Assembly (NCBI GenBank): GCA_040767195.1 | Contig: JAXGPA010000003.1 | Span: 192,001-256,000, forward strand | Source of the DNA: Syntrophales bacterium | Lineage (GTDB): Bacteria > Desulfobacterota > Syntrophia > Syntrophales > UBA6807 | Reading direction: 5' to 3' | DNA: 64,000 bases | Position numbers and translations under genes: made by a program | Shown here: positions 1 through 9,550 of the stretch, one piece after another | Layout of the letters: each line of letters begins with the position of its first letter | Numbering within the stretch: the stretch's first letter is position 1 | Notes under the pieces: model-generated | Seen by the model: only the letters and a program-made list of their open reading frames with translations | Database searches by the model: none | What the model was told of the DNA's origin: nothing

Positions 1-1212
1 CTCTACAACCGTTACCGGGATGTGGAGGAACGGATCCAATCCCTGGAAAAAAAAAGGGAAGAAAGGCTTCGAACGGAAGCGTTTCTCCTTTTTCAGCTGA
101 AGGAAATCGATGATGGCAAGATCCAGAAGGGAGAAGATGAGGCGCTTCAGGCGGAGAGAACCGTTCTCGCTCACGGGAGAGCTCTCAAGGAGCGGGCTGA
201 GGCATCCTTCGGGAGTCTTTATTCCGACGAGGGCGCCGTTTTGGAGAGGCTTTCTTTTGCCATATCAAATATTAAAGATATCTATAGGATAGACAGTAAC
301 ATTAAACTATTGCTTGAACAAGTGGAGGGGGCCTACTACACCCTTCAGGATGCTGCTATCCGTCTCCGGGACTACGGGAAAGAAATTCTTATCGATCCCG
401 ACAGGATTGAAAAAATCGAGGAGCGTCTCGAATATCTGAACCGGATGAAACGAAAATACGGCGGAACCCTGGAATCGGTCCTGGAAAAAAGAGGTCTCCT
501 CAAAGAGGAGCTTCGGGCGTTGTCCGCCACCGAGTCGGATCTCGATAAAAGCCGGGCCGAAATAATTTCCCTTCAACCGCTTCTTCTCGAAAAGGCGAAA
601 CATCTTTCGGAAGGGAGAAAGAGCGCGGCGGCCGTTCTCGAAAACCAGGTTGAAAAGGAGCTCGGCGGCCTCCGCATGGAAAACACCTCTTTCCGCGTCT
701 TTTTTCACAAGGGCTACCGGGAAAGCACCGATCCGGCGACCTTGAGCCCATCGGGTGCCGACGAGATCGAGTTTTTCCTTTCCCCCAACACGGGAGAGGA
801 ACTGAAACCCCTGAACCGCATCGCCTCGGGGGGCGAGCTTTCCCGCATCACCCTGGCCATCAGGAGGGTCCTGGCGGAAAAGAGCGACGTGAGGACCATG
901 ATATTCGACGAGATAGACTCGGGCATCGGTGGCGCTGCCGCCGAACTTGTCGGAAAGAAGCTCCGGGAAGCGGCTTCTCACCACCAGGTCCTTTGCATCA
1001 CCCACCTTCCCCAGATCGCCGGGTTCGGGGAAAATCACTTTCTCGTGGAAAAGGCCGTGTCGGGAGGGCGGACGAAAACGATGATGAGGCAGCTCACGGA
1101 AGAAGAACGGCTCCAGGAGATGGCCCGCATGCTCGGGGGGGTCACCGTGAGCGACAAGGCCCGGGAACACGCCCGGGAAATGTTGAAGTCGGGAAAGGAC
1201 AAGCCTTCATAA
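1..1212 (+). CDS. recN: DNA repair protein RecN (5'-truncated by window edge)
   Basis: Coiled coil followed by ASGGELSR signature, IFDEIDSGIGG Walker B and QVLCITHLPQIA; frame open from position 1. Confidence 0.95.
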   Translation, partial: LYNRYRDVEERIQSLEKKREERLRTEAFLLFQLKEIDDGKIQKGEDEALQAERTVLAHGRALKERAEASFGSLYSDEGAVLERLSFAISNIKDIYRIDSNIKLLLEQVEGAYYTLQDAAIRLRDYGKEILIDPDRIEKIEERLEYLNRMKRKYGGTLESVLEKRGLLKEELRALSATESDLDKSRAEIISLQPLLLEKAKHLSEGRKSAAAVLENQVEKELGGLRMENTSFRVFFHKGYRESTDPATLSPSGADEIEFFLSPNTGEELKPLNRIASGGELSRITLAIRRVLAEKSDVRTMIFDEIDSGIGGAAAELVGKKLREAASHHQVLCITHLPQIAGFGENHFLVEKAVSGGRTKTMMRQLTEEERLQEMARMLGGVTVSDKAREHAREMLKSGKDKPS

Positions 1213-1225
1213 AGCGGGAAGGGAA

Positions 1226-1684
1226 ATGCTTAAAAAAGCGAGAGTCAGCGACGTCAGAACGATACATCGGATGATCAACGCCTCGGCGGGAAAAGGGGAG
1301 ATCCTCCCACGCTCCCTCATGGATCTTTACAGCTCCCTCAGGGATTTTTACGTCTACCTCGACGGAGAAGGGGGACCCATCATCGGGATCTGCGCCATGC
1401 ACATTTTCTGGGAAAACCTGGCGGAGATCCGCTCCCTTTTCGTCAGCGAAAACCACCGAAGAAAGGGAATCGGGAGGAGCCTCGTGGAAGCGTGCATATC
1501 CGAGGCCATAACCCTGGAAATCTACCGCGTCTTCACCCTGACCTACCAGCGGGATTTCTTCCGAAGCCTCGACTTTCTGGAAAAGGATCGCTCTATCCTG
1601 CCGGAGAAGATCTGGTCCGACTGCTTCAAGTGTCCCAAGTATCCCGATTTCTGCGACGAAGTGGCCATGATCCTCGAGCTTTAA
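1226..1684 (+). CDS. GNAT N-acetyltransferase, short ArgA-like (N-acetylglutamate synthase family)
   Basis: LAEIRSLFV, RRKGIGRSLV acetyl-CoA motif, LPEKIWSDCFKCPKY C-terminal motif. Confidence 0.8.
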   Translation: MLKKARVSDVRTIHRMINASAGKGEILPRSLMDLYSSLRDFYVYLDGEGGPIIGICAMHIFWENLAEIRSLFVSENHRRKGIGRSLVEACISEAITLEIYRVFTLTYQRDFFRSLDFLEKDRSILPEKIWSDCFKCPKYPDFCDEVAMILEL

Positions 1685-1724
1685 TAGATCGGCGTCCCCC
1701 CGCCGAAGGGCATGAGCGTTTCTC

Positions 1725-2924
1725 ATGAAGGGAAAGACCCGCCTCATTTTCTTGTTTATCTCGATCGTCATCCTGGCCGCCTGCGCCCCCGTGAAGGAAG
1801 AACCCCTTGCGCCGCCCCCGACGGCCCTCGTCCCCGTTGATAAAAAGGACGTACCCGCTTTTTCCGACGACCTCAACTTCAAAAATCTGGAACTCGCGGT
1901 GGGCCGAAGCCTCCAATACTACGACGTCCTCCCCGCGGACATGGTCCTCGCCTTCGGCAGGGACCGATTCACCGTCGGGGAACTCCGGGAATCCCTCCAC
2001 GAATTCCTCCGGATCGTGAGAAGCGCGCCGACGGCCGGCGAGCTGCAGGACCGGGTCACCGAGTCCTTTCACATTTACCGGTCCGTCGGCCGGGACAGCA
2101 AAGGCTCCGTCCTTTTCACGGGATACTACGAACCGGTTCTGAAAGGCTGCCTGTTTCCCACCGACGTTTTCAGGTACCCCCTTTACGGAAAGCCGGAGGA
2201 TCACCTCGTCATCAACCTGGAAAAGTTCGACGACAAATACCGGGGACTGCGGCTGATCGGACGCCTCGAAAACGGTGAGGTCGTTCCCTACTACTCCCGC
2301 GCGGAAATCGACTCGGGGAAGGCCCTGGCCGGCCGGGACCTGGAAATTCTCTGGGTTTCCGATCCCATCGCCCTTTTCTTTCTGCACATCCAGGGCTCGG
2401 GCGTCATCGAGCTTCCCGGCGGCTCCCCCGTTCACGTGACTTACGCCCACACCAACGGCCGGCCTTACAGGAGCCTCGGAAAACGCCTCATCGACCTTGA
2501 AGCCCTCTCACGGGATGAGGTGTCTTTACCGAGCATTCGCCGTCACCTGGAGGAGCACCCGGAGGACATGGAGGACCTTCTCAACTACAACGAGAGCTAT
2601 GTTTTTTTCCGGACCTCCCGGGGAGCCATCGGGAGCCTGAACGTCCCGGTGACGGCGAACCGGTCCATCGCCACGGACGGGAAACACTTCCCTCGGGGTG
2701 CCCTGGCTTTCATTCACACGGAAAAACCCGTGATGGACGATGAGGGGAATATCCTGTCGTGGGTCCCTTTCACCCGGTTCGTCCTCAACCAGGACACCGG
2801 GGGGGCCATCAAGGGACCGGGAAGGGTAGATCTTTTCTGCGGGAACGGGCCTTACGCCGAGACCATGGCGGGGCACATGAAACACGAGGGCGCGCTCTAT
2901 TTTCTCGTCATGAAGAGGAAATGA
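1725..2924 (+). CDS. mltA: Membrane-bound lytic murein transglycosylase A (lipoprotein)
   Basis: Lipobox LAAC; FTGYYEP, FFLHIQGSG, QDTGGAIKGPGRVDLFCG motifs. Confidence 0.92.
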   Translation: MKGKTRLIFLFISIVILAACAPVKEEPLAPPPTALVPVDKKDVPAFSDDLNFKNLELAVGRSLQYYDVLPADMVLAFGRDRFTVGELRESLHEFLRIVRSAPTAGELQDRVTESFHIYRSVGRDSKGSVLFTGYYEPVLKGCLFPTDVFRYPLYGKPEDHLVINLEKFDDKYRGLRLIGRLENGEVVPYYSRAEIDSGKALAGRDLEILWVSDPIALFFLHIQGSGVIELPGGSPVHVTYAHTNGRPYRSLGKRLIDLEALSRDEVSLPSIRRHLEEHPEDMEDLLNYNESYVFFRTSRGAIGSLNVPVTANRSIATDGKHFPRGALAFIHTEKPVMDDEGNILSWVPFTRFVLNQDTGGAIKGPGRVDLFCGNGPYAETMAGHMKHEGALYFLVMKRK

Positions 2925-2933
2925 TCTCTCGCT

Positions 2934-4163
2934 TCACCGGATATAGCACCGCGGGTCCTCGGCGAGATAATCCCCCGAATAGGCGTGGGCCCGCCCCCGG
3001 CAGCCGCCGCATATTTTTTTGTAGCTGCACGCGGCGCATTTCCCCTTGAGCAGGGTTTCGCGGTTTCTCAGTTCCACGAAGACCGGGGATTCCCGATAGA
3101 TCTCCCGGAAGGGCTTCTCCCGAACCGATCCCGCCTTCACTTCCACGAAGGGGCAGGGCCAGATGTCACCGTTGGCCTTGATGTAAACGAAACCTCTTCC
3201 AGCAGCGCACCCGTGGAATACCTGTTCCGCCAGCTTGAGCCACCCTTTTCCCCTGGCGCCATTTTTCTCAAGGAGATAGGGCCAGTACTGCGGTCCCGCG
3301 ACGGGTTCGACGATAGTGGTTACGTCTTTCTGCTTTTCGGCGATGAGGCGGCTGAGCAGGTAGTTGGCCTGCTTTTTCAGCGTGGCCTTCTCGATCTTCC
3401 CTCCCCGGCCCACGGCGACAAGCTGGTACATGAGCATAATGGCGGCCCCGCAGCGGTCGACGAAGTCGATGAGGCCGTCAAGACCGGGGAGGTTCGTTTC
3501 CATGGCCGTGGTGTTCAGCTGGAGGAGAATTCCCGCCTTTTTGGTCGCCTCGATCCCCCGGAGGGCCAGGTCGAAGGCCCTGGGGTTGTTCCGGATGAAA
3601 TTGTGGACGTCCGGGTCTGCCGAGTCCAGGCTGATGGCGTTGCAGACAACCCCGTGTTCCTTCAGTTTCCACGCCGTCTCCTCGTCGATGAGCGTCCCGT
3701 TCGTGGCGAGAATGTTCGAAAACCCGACGTCCTTCGAATGCTTCAGGAGCTCGAAAATGTCGGGACGCACCAGGGGCTCGCCCCCGGTGAAAACGATGGT
3801 CCTGAATTCCTTGATTTCGGCGAGGCCGTCGATGAGCCGCCTGGCTTCATCGGTATCGAGATCATCCGGGGAAGGTTTCCCGCTCGTGGCATGGCAGTGG
3901 ATACAGCGCAGATTGCAGGCCGAGGTCACTTCCCAGGCGGGGTGACCGGGATAGCCGATACAGCCCATCCCCCAAGCGCCGTTGGAAACGGGGATGGATT
4001 CCAGGCTGTGGCGGACGAGCCAGTGAGGAAATTTCTTCCATCCGTTCAGGTAGCCCATGAGCAGGGCGCCCCCCAGTTGACGGAAAAGCAGGGAAGGCGG
4101 CCAGAAGACCGGGCGGACGGCCTTTTTTCGCGCCCTTTCCGTCTGTTTCGTCAGTGCTTTCAT
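2934..4163 (-). CDS. Radical SAM/SPASM-domain protein (NirJ/Ahb-like)
   Basis: CNLRCIHC motif, FTGGEPL, SPASM cysteines CAAGRG...PC...CAACSYKKICGGCRGRA...C. Confidence 0.85.
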   Translation of the reverse strand: MKALTKQTERARKKAVRPVFWPPSLLFRQLGGALLMGYLNGWKKFPHWLVRHSLESIPVSNGAWGMGCIGYPGHPAWEVTSACNLRCIHCHATSGKPSPDDLDTDEARRLIDGLAEIKEFRTIVFTGGEPLVRPDIFELLKHSKDVGFSNILATNGTLIDEETAWKLKEHGVVCNAISLDSADPDVHNFIRNNPRAFDLALRGIEATKKAGILLQLNTTAMETNLPGLDGLIDFVDRCGAAIMLMYQLVAVGRGGKIEKATLKKQANYLLSRLIAEKQKDVTTIVEPVAGPQYWPYLLEKNGARGKGWLKLAEQVFHGCAAGRGFVYIKANGDIWPCPFVEVKAGSVREKPFREIYRESPVFVELRNRETLLKGKCAACSYKKICGGCRGRAHAYSGDYLAEDPRCYIR

Positions 4164-4200
4164 TCTAAAGTCCTGTTCGCTCCCCTCTCTTCTTTCCGGA

Positions 4201-5109
4201 TTACAGAAGAGCGATGATGTAGGATAAGGTGGTGCCGAGATTGACGACGATGGTCAACCCGCAGAAAAGTTTCAAAAGTCCGGGGTTTTCATGCTTTCCC
4301 CGGTACACCTGGAAGGCAAGGTACAGGGAAAGGACGGCGATCACCCCGAAGAGATAAAGGCCGTTGGCTCCGACATGCGCCTGGGTAAGGGAAAGGAAGA
4401 AGAACAGAACGGCGAGAACGGCGGCCCCGGCGTAAATTTCGGCCCCTCTCTTGAGGCCTGCCCGGACGAGAAGATTTTTTTTCCCCGTTTCCCGGTCCGG
4501 CTGGTAGTCGGGAAACTCGTTGAGCAGGATGACGTTGAAGATGGTCAGTCCCACCGGTACGGCCATCCAGTGGACCAGGGGGTGAATGAAACCCGCCTGG
4601 ATGTAAAAGGCGGCCGCGATGGGAAGCCAGCCGTAGCAGAACCCGATGAGAATCTCCCCCACGCCCCGGGCGACGAATCTCACGGGGCGGGTGGAATAGA
4701 AGAAACCGCAGAAAAGACCGATTCCGCCAAGCAGAAGGGTCCAGGGGCCGGTTTTCAAGCCGAACTGGAGAATAACGCCGGTCACCGCGGCGAGGAAAAG
4801 GGCGGCCAGGCTCGTTCGAAGGGCGGCAGCGGGCGAAATGAGTCCTTCCTGTATGGCCCCGGAACCGCCGGCGAACGGGTTGCTGTGAAGTCTTTTCGAG
4901 AGGCTGTCTTCCCGGCGGTCAAAATATTCGCCGCTCTGATAGGTGGAAAGCATGACGAGGAGAACCCCGGCGACGCCGAGAACAAAGACGGAACAACGGA
5001 TTTCCCCGGTGACCTTCCAGGCGAGAATCGTTCCGAGAATGAAGGGGAGAACGCCCACGGAGTGGAAGGGAAGACGGGAAAGCCGCAACCATGCGGTTAC
5101 TGTTCCCAT
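4201..5109 (-). CDS. UbiA-family prenyltransferase (MenA-like)
   Basis: Multi-TM protein; EYFDRRED and NEFPDYQPDRETGKKNL Asp-rich motifs. Confidence 0.8.
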   Translation of the reverse strand: MGTVTAWLRLSRLPFHSVGVLPFILGTILAWKVTGEIRCSVFVLGVAGVLLVMLSTYQSGEYFDRREDSLSKRLHSNPFAGGSGAIQEGLISPAAALRTSLAALFLAAVTGVILQFGLKTGPWTLLLGGIGLFCGFFYSTRPVRFVARGVGEILIGFCYGWLPIAAAFYIQAGFIHPLVHWMAVPVGLTIFNVILLNEFPDYQPDRETGKKNLLVRAGLKRGAEIYAGAAVLAVLFFFLSLTQAHVGANGLYLFGVIAVLSLYLAFQVYRGKHENPGLLKLFCGLTIVVNLGTTLSYIIALL

Positions 5110-5248
5110 GACAGCGGCTCTTTTCGTTTCCTTGATTTCCGCCGACCCGTCTTTTCCGTCACGGTCCTGTGGCCTTTCTCATAAGCATGGTTTCCCGGAT
5201 CTGAATGTAAGCGGTTCGCCCGGTTTCAATTGAAAGCGGCCATAGGGC

Positions 5249-5965
5249 CTAACACACCGGAGAGTTTTTGTCAATTTTCGCCCGCCTCGCCGTTCTCTTT
5301 TTGACCGGCCGGTTTCGGAGAAGGACATAGGTCGCCCCCGCCCCCCCGTCGCAGGGGCGGGCCGTCGAGAAAGCGGCGATCCATTTGTTCCAGGGGCTCC
5401 GGGTCAGGAAACGGCGGACCGTTTCCTTCAGCACCGGTTCGCCGGCACTGGAGAGCCCCCTTCCATGTATGACGAGAAGGGAGCGCTCCCCTCTTTCGAG
5501 AGTCTCCTGGAGAAAACGGGCCAGCGCGGCTTGCGCCTCCGGGGCGTTCAAACCGTGAAGATCGATGTGACGGCGGACTGAAAACTCCCCCCGGTGAAGC
5601 CGCCGGGCCAGATGATCGGGAACGCCGTGTCCCGTTCCCTCCATGTATTCCGGTGTAGAAGACAGAACGAAACCTTCGCCTTTTCGTATGAGAGCCTTCA
5701 GAAGCGTTATCTCCCCCAGGCCGCCCCCCCCGGAAACGGGATACACCCTCTTTTCCGGACAGGGTCCCACCGGACCGCCACCCTTCAGGGGTTTCACCCC
5801 CTCGGTGGCTTTCAGGAACAGGGCCTCATCGTCCTTCGCGTCCCCTGCCCCGTCTTTTTCCATCACCGGAACGGAGGAATCCCCTACGGCAAAGCCCCCT
5901 TCTTCGAGACGTTCCCGCAGATCCGAGAACGGCCGGTATCGAAAGGTAACCGGGCTTTTCTTCAT
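5249..5965 (-). CDS. Smr (small MutS-related) domain protein
   Basis: IDLHGL, VIHGRGLSS, DGGAGATYVLL Smr motifs; ATG at 5965 preferred over 5980. Confidence 0.88.
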   Translation of the reverse strand: MKKSPVTFRYRPFSDLRERLEEGGFAVGDSSVPVMEKDGAGDAKDDEALFLKATEGVKPLKGGGPVGPCPEKRVYPVSGGGGLGEITLLKALIRKGEGFVLSSTPEYMEGTGHGVPDHLARRLHRGEFSVRRHIDLHGLNAPEAQAALARFLQETLERGERSLLVIHGRGLSSAGEPVLKETVRRFLTRSPWNKWIAAFSTARPCDGGAGATYVLLRNRPVKKRTARRAKIDKNSPVC

Positions 5966-6238
5966 GAAATACCTTCGCAACGTTTTATTGAGGATAAGCG
6001 GAAAAAAGATTTTCTGTCAAGGCGAGGAGAAGCGGTCAACATCAAAAAAAGAAACGGAGCGACAAAATTGTCGTAAACGATTCACCCAAGCCCGGCCTTG
6101 CATCGCCGCTCCCGCAGAAAGGGGTACATCTCAGAAAGTCGACAATTATTTCCTTCGTTTTTTTTCATCAGGTTCGAAGGTCTCGGAGGAGATCGCCCCT
6201 TTCCCATGTCCTGCCTGAAATATTTTTTTCTTCATCTC

Positions 6239-6254
6239 TGGCATGTTTCATGCA
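6239..6254 (+). promoter_or_regulatory. Sigma54 (-24/-12) promoter
   Basis: TGGCATGTTTCATGCA with exact GG-N10-GC spacing; palindrome CGACAA-AA-TTGTCG at 6060-6073 could be an enhancer-binding site. Confidence 0.65.
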
Positions 6255-6264
6255 TTATCAAAAT

Positions 6265-6421
6265 TCAAAGATGCGACCAGTACCATCGTGCATGGGATCC
6301 CCCCCCGATTCCATACGCGATCCGCCAGTGTGGCTATGTTCCCCCTCCTTGCGTAGGCACTGGCCGGCAGTCAGCATCTGTCACAAAAGGGGAGGCGCAA
6401 GCCTCCCCTCCCCCCTTATTT
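6265..6421 (+). ncRNA. Candidate sigma54-dependent small RNA with C-rich loops
   Basis: Closing stem 6269-6277/6370-6379; hairpin 6285-6321 (loop C7); hairpin 6324-6364 (loop TCCCCCTCCTT); GCAA-capped 3' hairpin 6388-6409. Confidence 0.6.
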
Positions 6422-6652
6422 CCGGCGGAAACAACTTCTTATGAGACCCCATCCACAACTCTGTGGGAAACCCTGTGGAAAAATCTGTTCATGGGTCCTG
6501 TAAGATATGAGAAACGGCCCCTTTTGACCGTTTTGCACGAATCTTGTGCACATATTTATTTAAATATATCAATATATTATTTAAACTTGCAGGGGATACG
6601 AAAGGTTAACGGGGGGTCTCGACGAAACGCCCCGCGAGGCCACCGTTCCCCT

Positions 6653-7570
6653 TTATCGGACCGGAAAGAGCCAGTGATGAAAGTTTTTCTCTTTTCCGGC
6701 GAGAATTTCTTCCATGAATTGATTGATTCGAAGGGTGATCGGCCCGGGTACGGGGGCCAGGCTCCGGTTTCCCGTTCGTTCGATGGGAACGACTTTCCCC
6801 AGGGTTCCCGAAAGGAAGATTTCATCGGCCTCTTCGAGGGCTTCCGGTGGAAGTTTCTCCTCCACGGGATTCAGGCCCAGTGCTCCGGCAACTTCGAGAA
6901 CGGATTTGCGGGTGATGCTGTCGAGAATGCCCCCAAGGGATGGCGTCATCAGTCGCCCTTTTTTCACCAGGAAAACCGATTCCGTTCCGCCCTCCGCCAG
7001 GTAACCGTCCCGGTCAAGAAGAAGCGTGTAATCGAACCCCTTCTTTTTCGCTTCCTGGCGGGCCAGCATGCCGTTCAGATAATTGGCGGCCACCTTCGCC
7101 TCCACGGGAACCGTCCCGGGATCGAGTTTCCGCCATGAGGAGAGACCCATGGAAAAACCCTTTTGCGATCCCCCCTGCTGATGGAGGGGGTCCACCGACG
7201 CCGGGATGACAAAAACCGCGAGATCCAGGTCCTCCTCCGGCGGGAGGATCTCGTAAGCGATCCCCCCGTAGTAGCCGACGACCTTGATGTATCCCGACGA
7301 GAGGCTGTTTCTCCTGATGGTCTCGCAGATCGCCCGGGCAATCTCCTTTTCCCCGAGGGGAAGGCGCATTTCCAGGAGACCGGCGGTCTTCATGAGCCGC
7401 GCCACATGCGCGTCAAGGCGGAAAATCGAGGGCCCTTGAAGACCTTCGTAGAAACTCAACACTTCAAAGATGGCGGAACCGCGGCTGACGCTGTGGGATA
7501 GCAGATGCACCGTCGCCTCATTCCAGTCAACGTAGCGGCCGTTCAAAAAAATCGTTTTGTGATGCTTCAT
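6653..7570 (-). CDS. ilvE: Branched-chain amino acid aminotransferase (PLP class IV)
   Basis: IFRLDAHVARL, EAKVAANY (PLP Lys), AEGGTESVF, ILDSITR. Confidence 0.85.
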   Translation of the reverse strand: MKHHKTIFLNGRYVDWNEATVHLLSHSVSRGSAIFEVLSFYEGLQGPSIFRLDAHVARLMKTAGLLEMRLPLGEKEIARAICETIRRNSLSSGYIKVVGYYGGIAYEILPPEEDLDLAVFVIPASVDPLHQQGGSQKGFSMGLSSWRKLDPGTVPVEAKVAANYLNGMLARQEAKKKGFDYTLLLDRDGYLAEGGTESVFLVKKGRLMTPSLGGILDSITRKSVLEVAGALGLNPVEEKLPPEALEEADEIFLSGTLGKVVPIERTGNRSLAPVPGPITLRINQFMEEILAGKEKNFHHWLFPVR

Positions 7571-7599
7571 AACTCTCCGGGGGTCTCTCCCCTGTGCGT

Positions 7600-9285
7600 T
7601 CAGGGCCTCGTTAAGAGCCGATATTTAATCCGATGGGGCTGTTCCGCCTTCGCGCCCAGCCGGGCCCGGCGGTCAGCCTCGTATTCGCTGTAACTGCCCT
7701 CGAACCAGACCACCCGGCTTTCTCCTTCGAAACCCAGAATGTGGGTGGTAATCCGGTCGAGAAACCAACGGTCGTGGCTGATGACGAGAACGGACCCGGC
7801 AAAGGTCAGCAGGGCGTCTTCCAGGGCACGGAGGGTGTTGACGTCGAGATCGTTGGTCGGTTCGTCCAAAAGAAGAACGTTGGCCCCTTCCTTCAGCATG
7901 CGGGCTAGATGAACGCGGTTTCGCTCACCCCCCGAAAGCTCGGTTACCCTTTTTTGCTGGTCCGTTCCGGTGAACTGGAATCGGGCCAGGTAAGCCCTGG
8001 AGTTGACCTGCCTGCCGCCGAGGGAAAGAAACTCGTTTCCGCCGGAGATTTCCTCCCAGACCGTTTTTCCCGGATCCAGAACGTCCCGGCTCTGATCCAC
8101 CCAGGCCAGTCGCACCGTTTCGCCCTGTATGACGGTTCCGCTGTCGGGGATTTCAAGGCCGGTGATCATGCGGAACAGGGTGGTTTTCCCCGCGCCGTTG
8201 GGGCCCACGATCCCCACGATGGCTCCCGGGGGAACGGAAAAAGCCAGCCCGTCCATGAGAAGTCGGTCCCCGTATCCCTTGGTGACGCCGTCGGAGGCGA
8301 TGACGAGTTTTCCCAGACGGGGGCCCGGGGCGATAAAAATTTCCTGTTCCCGCTCCCTCTGTTCCTGTTCCTCGTTCAAGAGCTCTTCGTACGAAGCGAC
8401 CCGGGCCTTCGATTTCGCCTGCCTCCCCTTGGGGGACATGCGGATCCACTCCAACTCCCTTTCCAGGGTTTTCCGGCGCTGGGATTCCTTTTTTCCCTCC
8501 TCCGTCAGGCGCCTCTGCTTCTGTTCCAGCCAGGACGAATAATTGCCCTTCCAGGGAATCCCGTGACCCCTGTCCAGTTCCAGGATCCAGCCGGCCACGT
8601 TGTCGAGAAAGTACCGGTCGTGGGTGACGGCAATGATCGTCCCCGGGTAATTCCGGAGGTGATGCTCGAGCCAGGCCACCGTTTCGGCATCGAGATGATT
8701 GGTCGGCTCGTCGAGAAGAAGAATATCCGGTTTCTTCAGGAGAAGCCGGCAAAGGGCCACCCGCCGCCTTTCGCCTCCCGAAATGACCCGGACCGGCATG
8801 TCTCCCGGTGGGCATCGCAGGGCGTCCATGGCCATTTCCAGCCGGGCATCGAGATCCCAGGCGTCCTGGGCGTCCATTTTTTCCTGGAGGTCCCCCTGGA
8901 GGGCAATGAGACGTTCCATTTCATCGTCTGAAAGCGGTTCGGACAGTTTCTCCGAAACGGCGTTGTATGCGTCGACGGTGTCGACAATATCCCGCACCCC
9001 CTCCTCGACGACCTGGCGAACCGTTTTGTCATCGTCCAGACGGGGTTCCTGCTCGAGAAACCCGAGGGTGTATCCCGGGGAAAGAATGGTCTTTCCGATG
9101 AACTCCCTTTCCAGCCCGGCCATGATGCGAAGAAGGGTGCTTTTCCCGGACCCGTTGAGACCGATAACGCCGATTTTCGCTCCATAGAAATAGGAAAGGG
9201 AGATGTCTTTGAGCACCGTGCGGGTGCCGTACACCTTTCCCACGCCGAGCATGGAATAGATCACCTTGTTCGGTTCGTCCGCCAT
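7600..9285 (-). CDS. ettA: Energy-dependent translational throttle ABC-F protein EttA
   Basis: DISLSYFYGAKIGVIGLNGSGKST, two ABC domains, PHRIKYR C-terminus; GGAGG RBS before ATG 9285. Confidence 0.93.
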   Translation of the reverse strand: MADEPNKVIYSMLGVGKVYGTRTVLKDISLSYFYGAKIGVIGLNGSGKSTLLRIMAGLEREFIGKTILSPGYTLGFLEQEPRLDDDKTVRQVVEEGVRDIVDTVDAYNAVSEKLSEPLSDDEMERLIALQGDLQEKMDAQDAWDLDARLEMAMDALRCPPGDMPVRVISGGERRRVALCRLLLKKPDILLLDEPTNHLDAETVAWLEHHLRNYPGTIIAVTHDRYFLDNVAGWILELDRGHGIPWKGNYSSWLEQKQRRLTEEGKKESQRRKTLERELEWIRMSPKGRQAKSKARVASYEELLNEEQEQREREQEIFIAPGPRLGKLVIASDGVTKGYGDRLLMDGLAFSVPPGAIVGIVGPNGAGKTTLFRMITGLEIPDSGTVIQGETVRLAWVDQSRDVLDPGKTVWEEISGGNEFLSLGGRQVNSRAYLARFQFTGTDQQKRVTELSGGERNRVHLARMLKEGANVLLLDEPTNDLDVNTLRALEDALLTFAGSVLVISHDRWFLDRITTHILGFEGESRVVWFEGSYSEYEADRRARLGAKAEQPHRIKYRLLTRP

Positions 9286-9550
9286 TTCAAGAAAACCTCC
9301 CGCCAGGACCCCACGAAACCGGTTCCGTGGAGACAGAAGGGGAAAATAGCAGTTTTTCAAAATCATTCAAGAAAAAAATCCTCTCATGGCCCGTGGAACA
9401 TTTCTTTATCCACTGGTAACCCCAAAACGGTAGGACCTTTCTGTCGTTTTCGTATTATCCCCGGAAAGGGGTCCTTTTCCCCTTTTTCCTTCTCACGGCC
9501 GTGTTGATTCCATTGACCAGTGAGGGGATCTTTTTTTCTGCGATTTCTAA

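Noticed and set aside
6098..7138. 346-aa plus-strand ORF across the intergenic region
   Set aside because: No RBS or motifs, runs antisense into ilvE; the region is better explained by promoter and sRNA elements.
9392..9414. GTGGA-N11-TCCAC inverted repeat with a near DnaA box (TTATCCACT)
   Set aside because: Short, single occurrence with mismatch; insufficient evidence.
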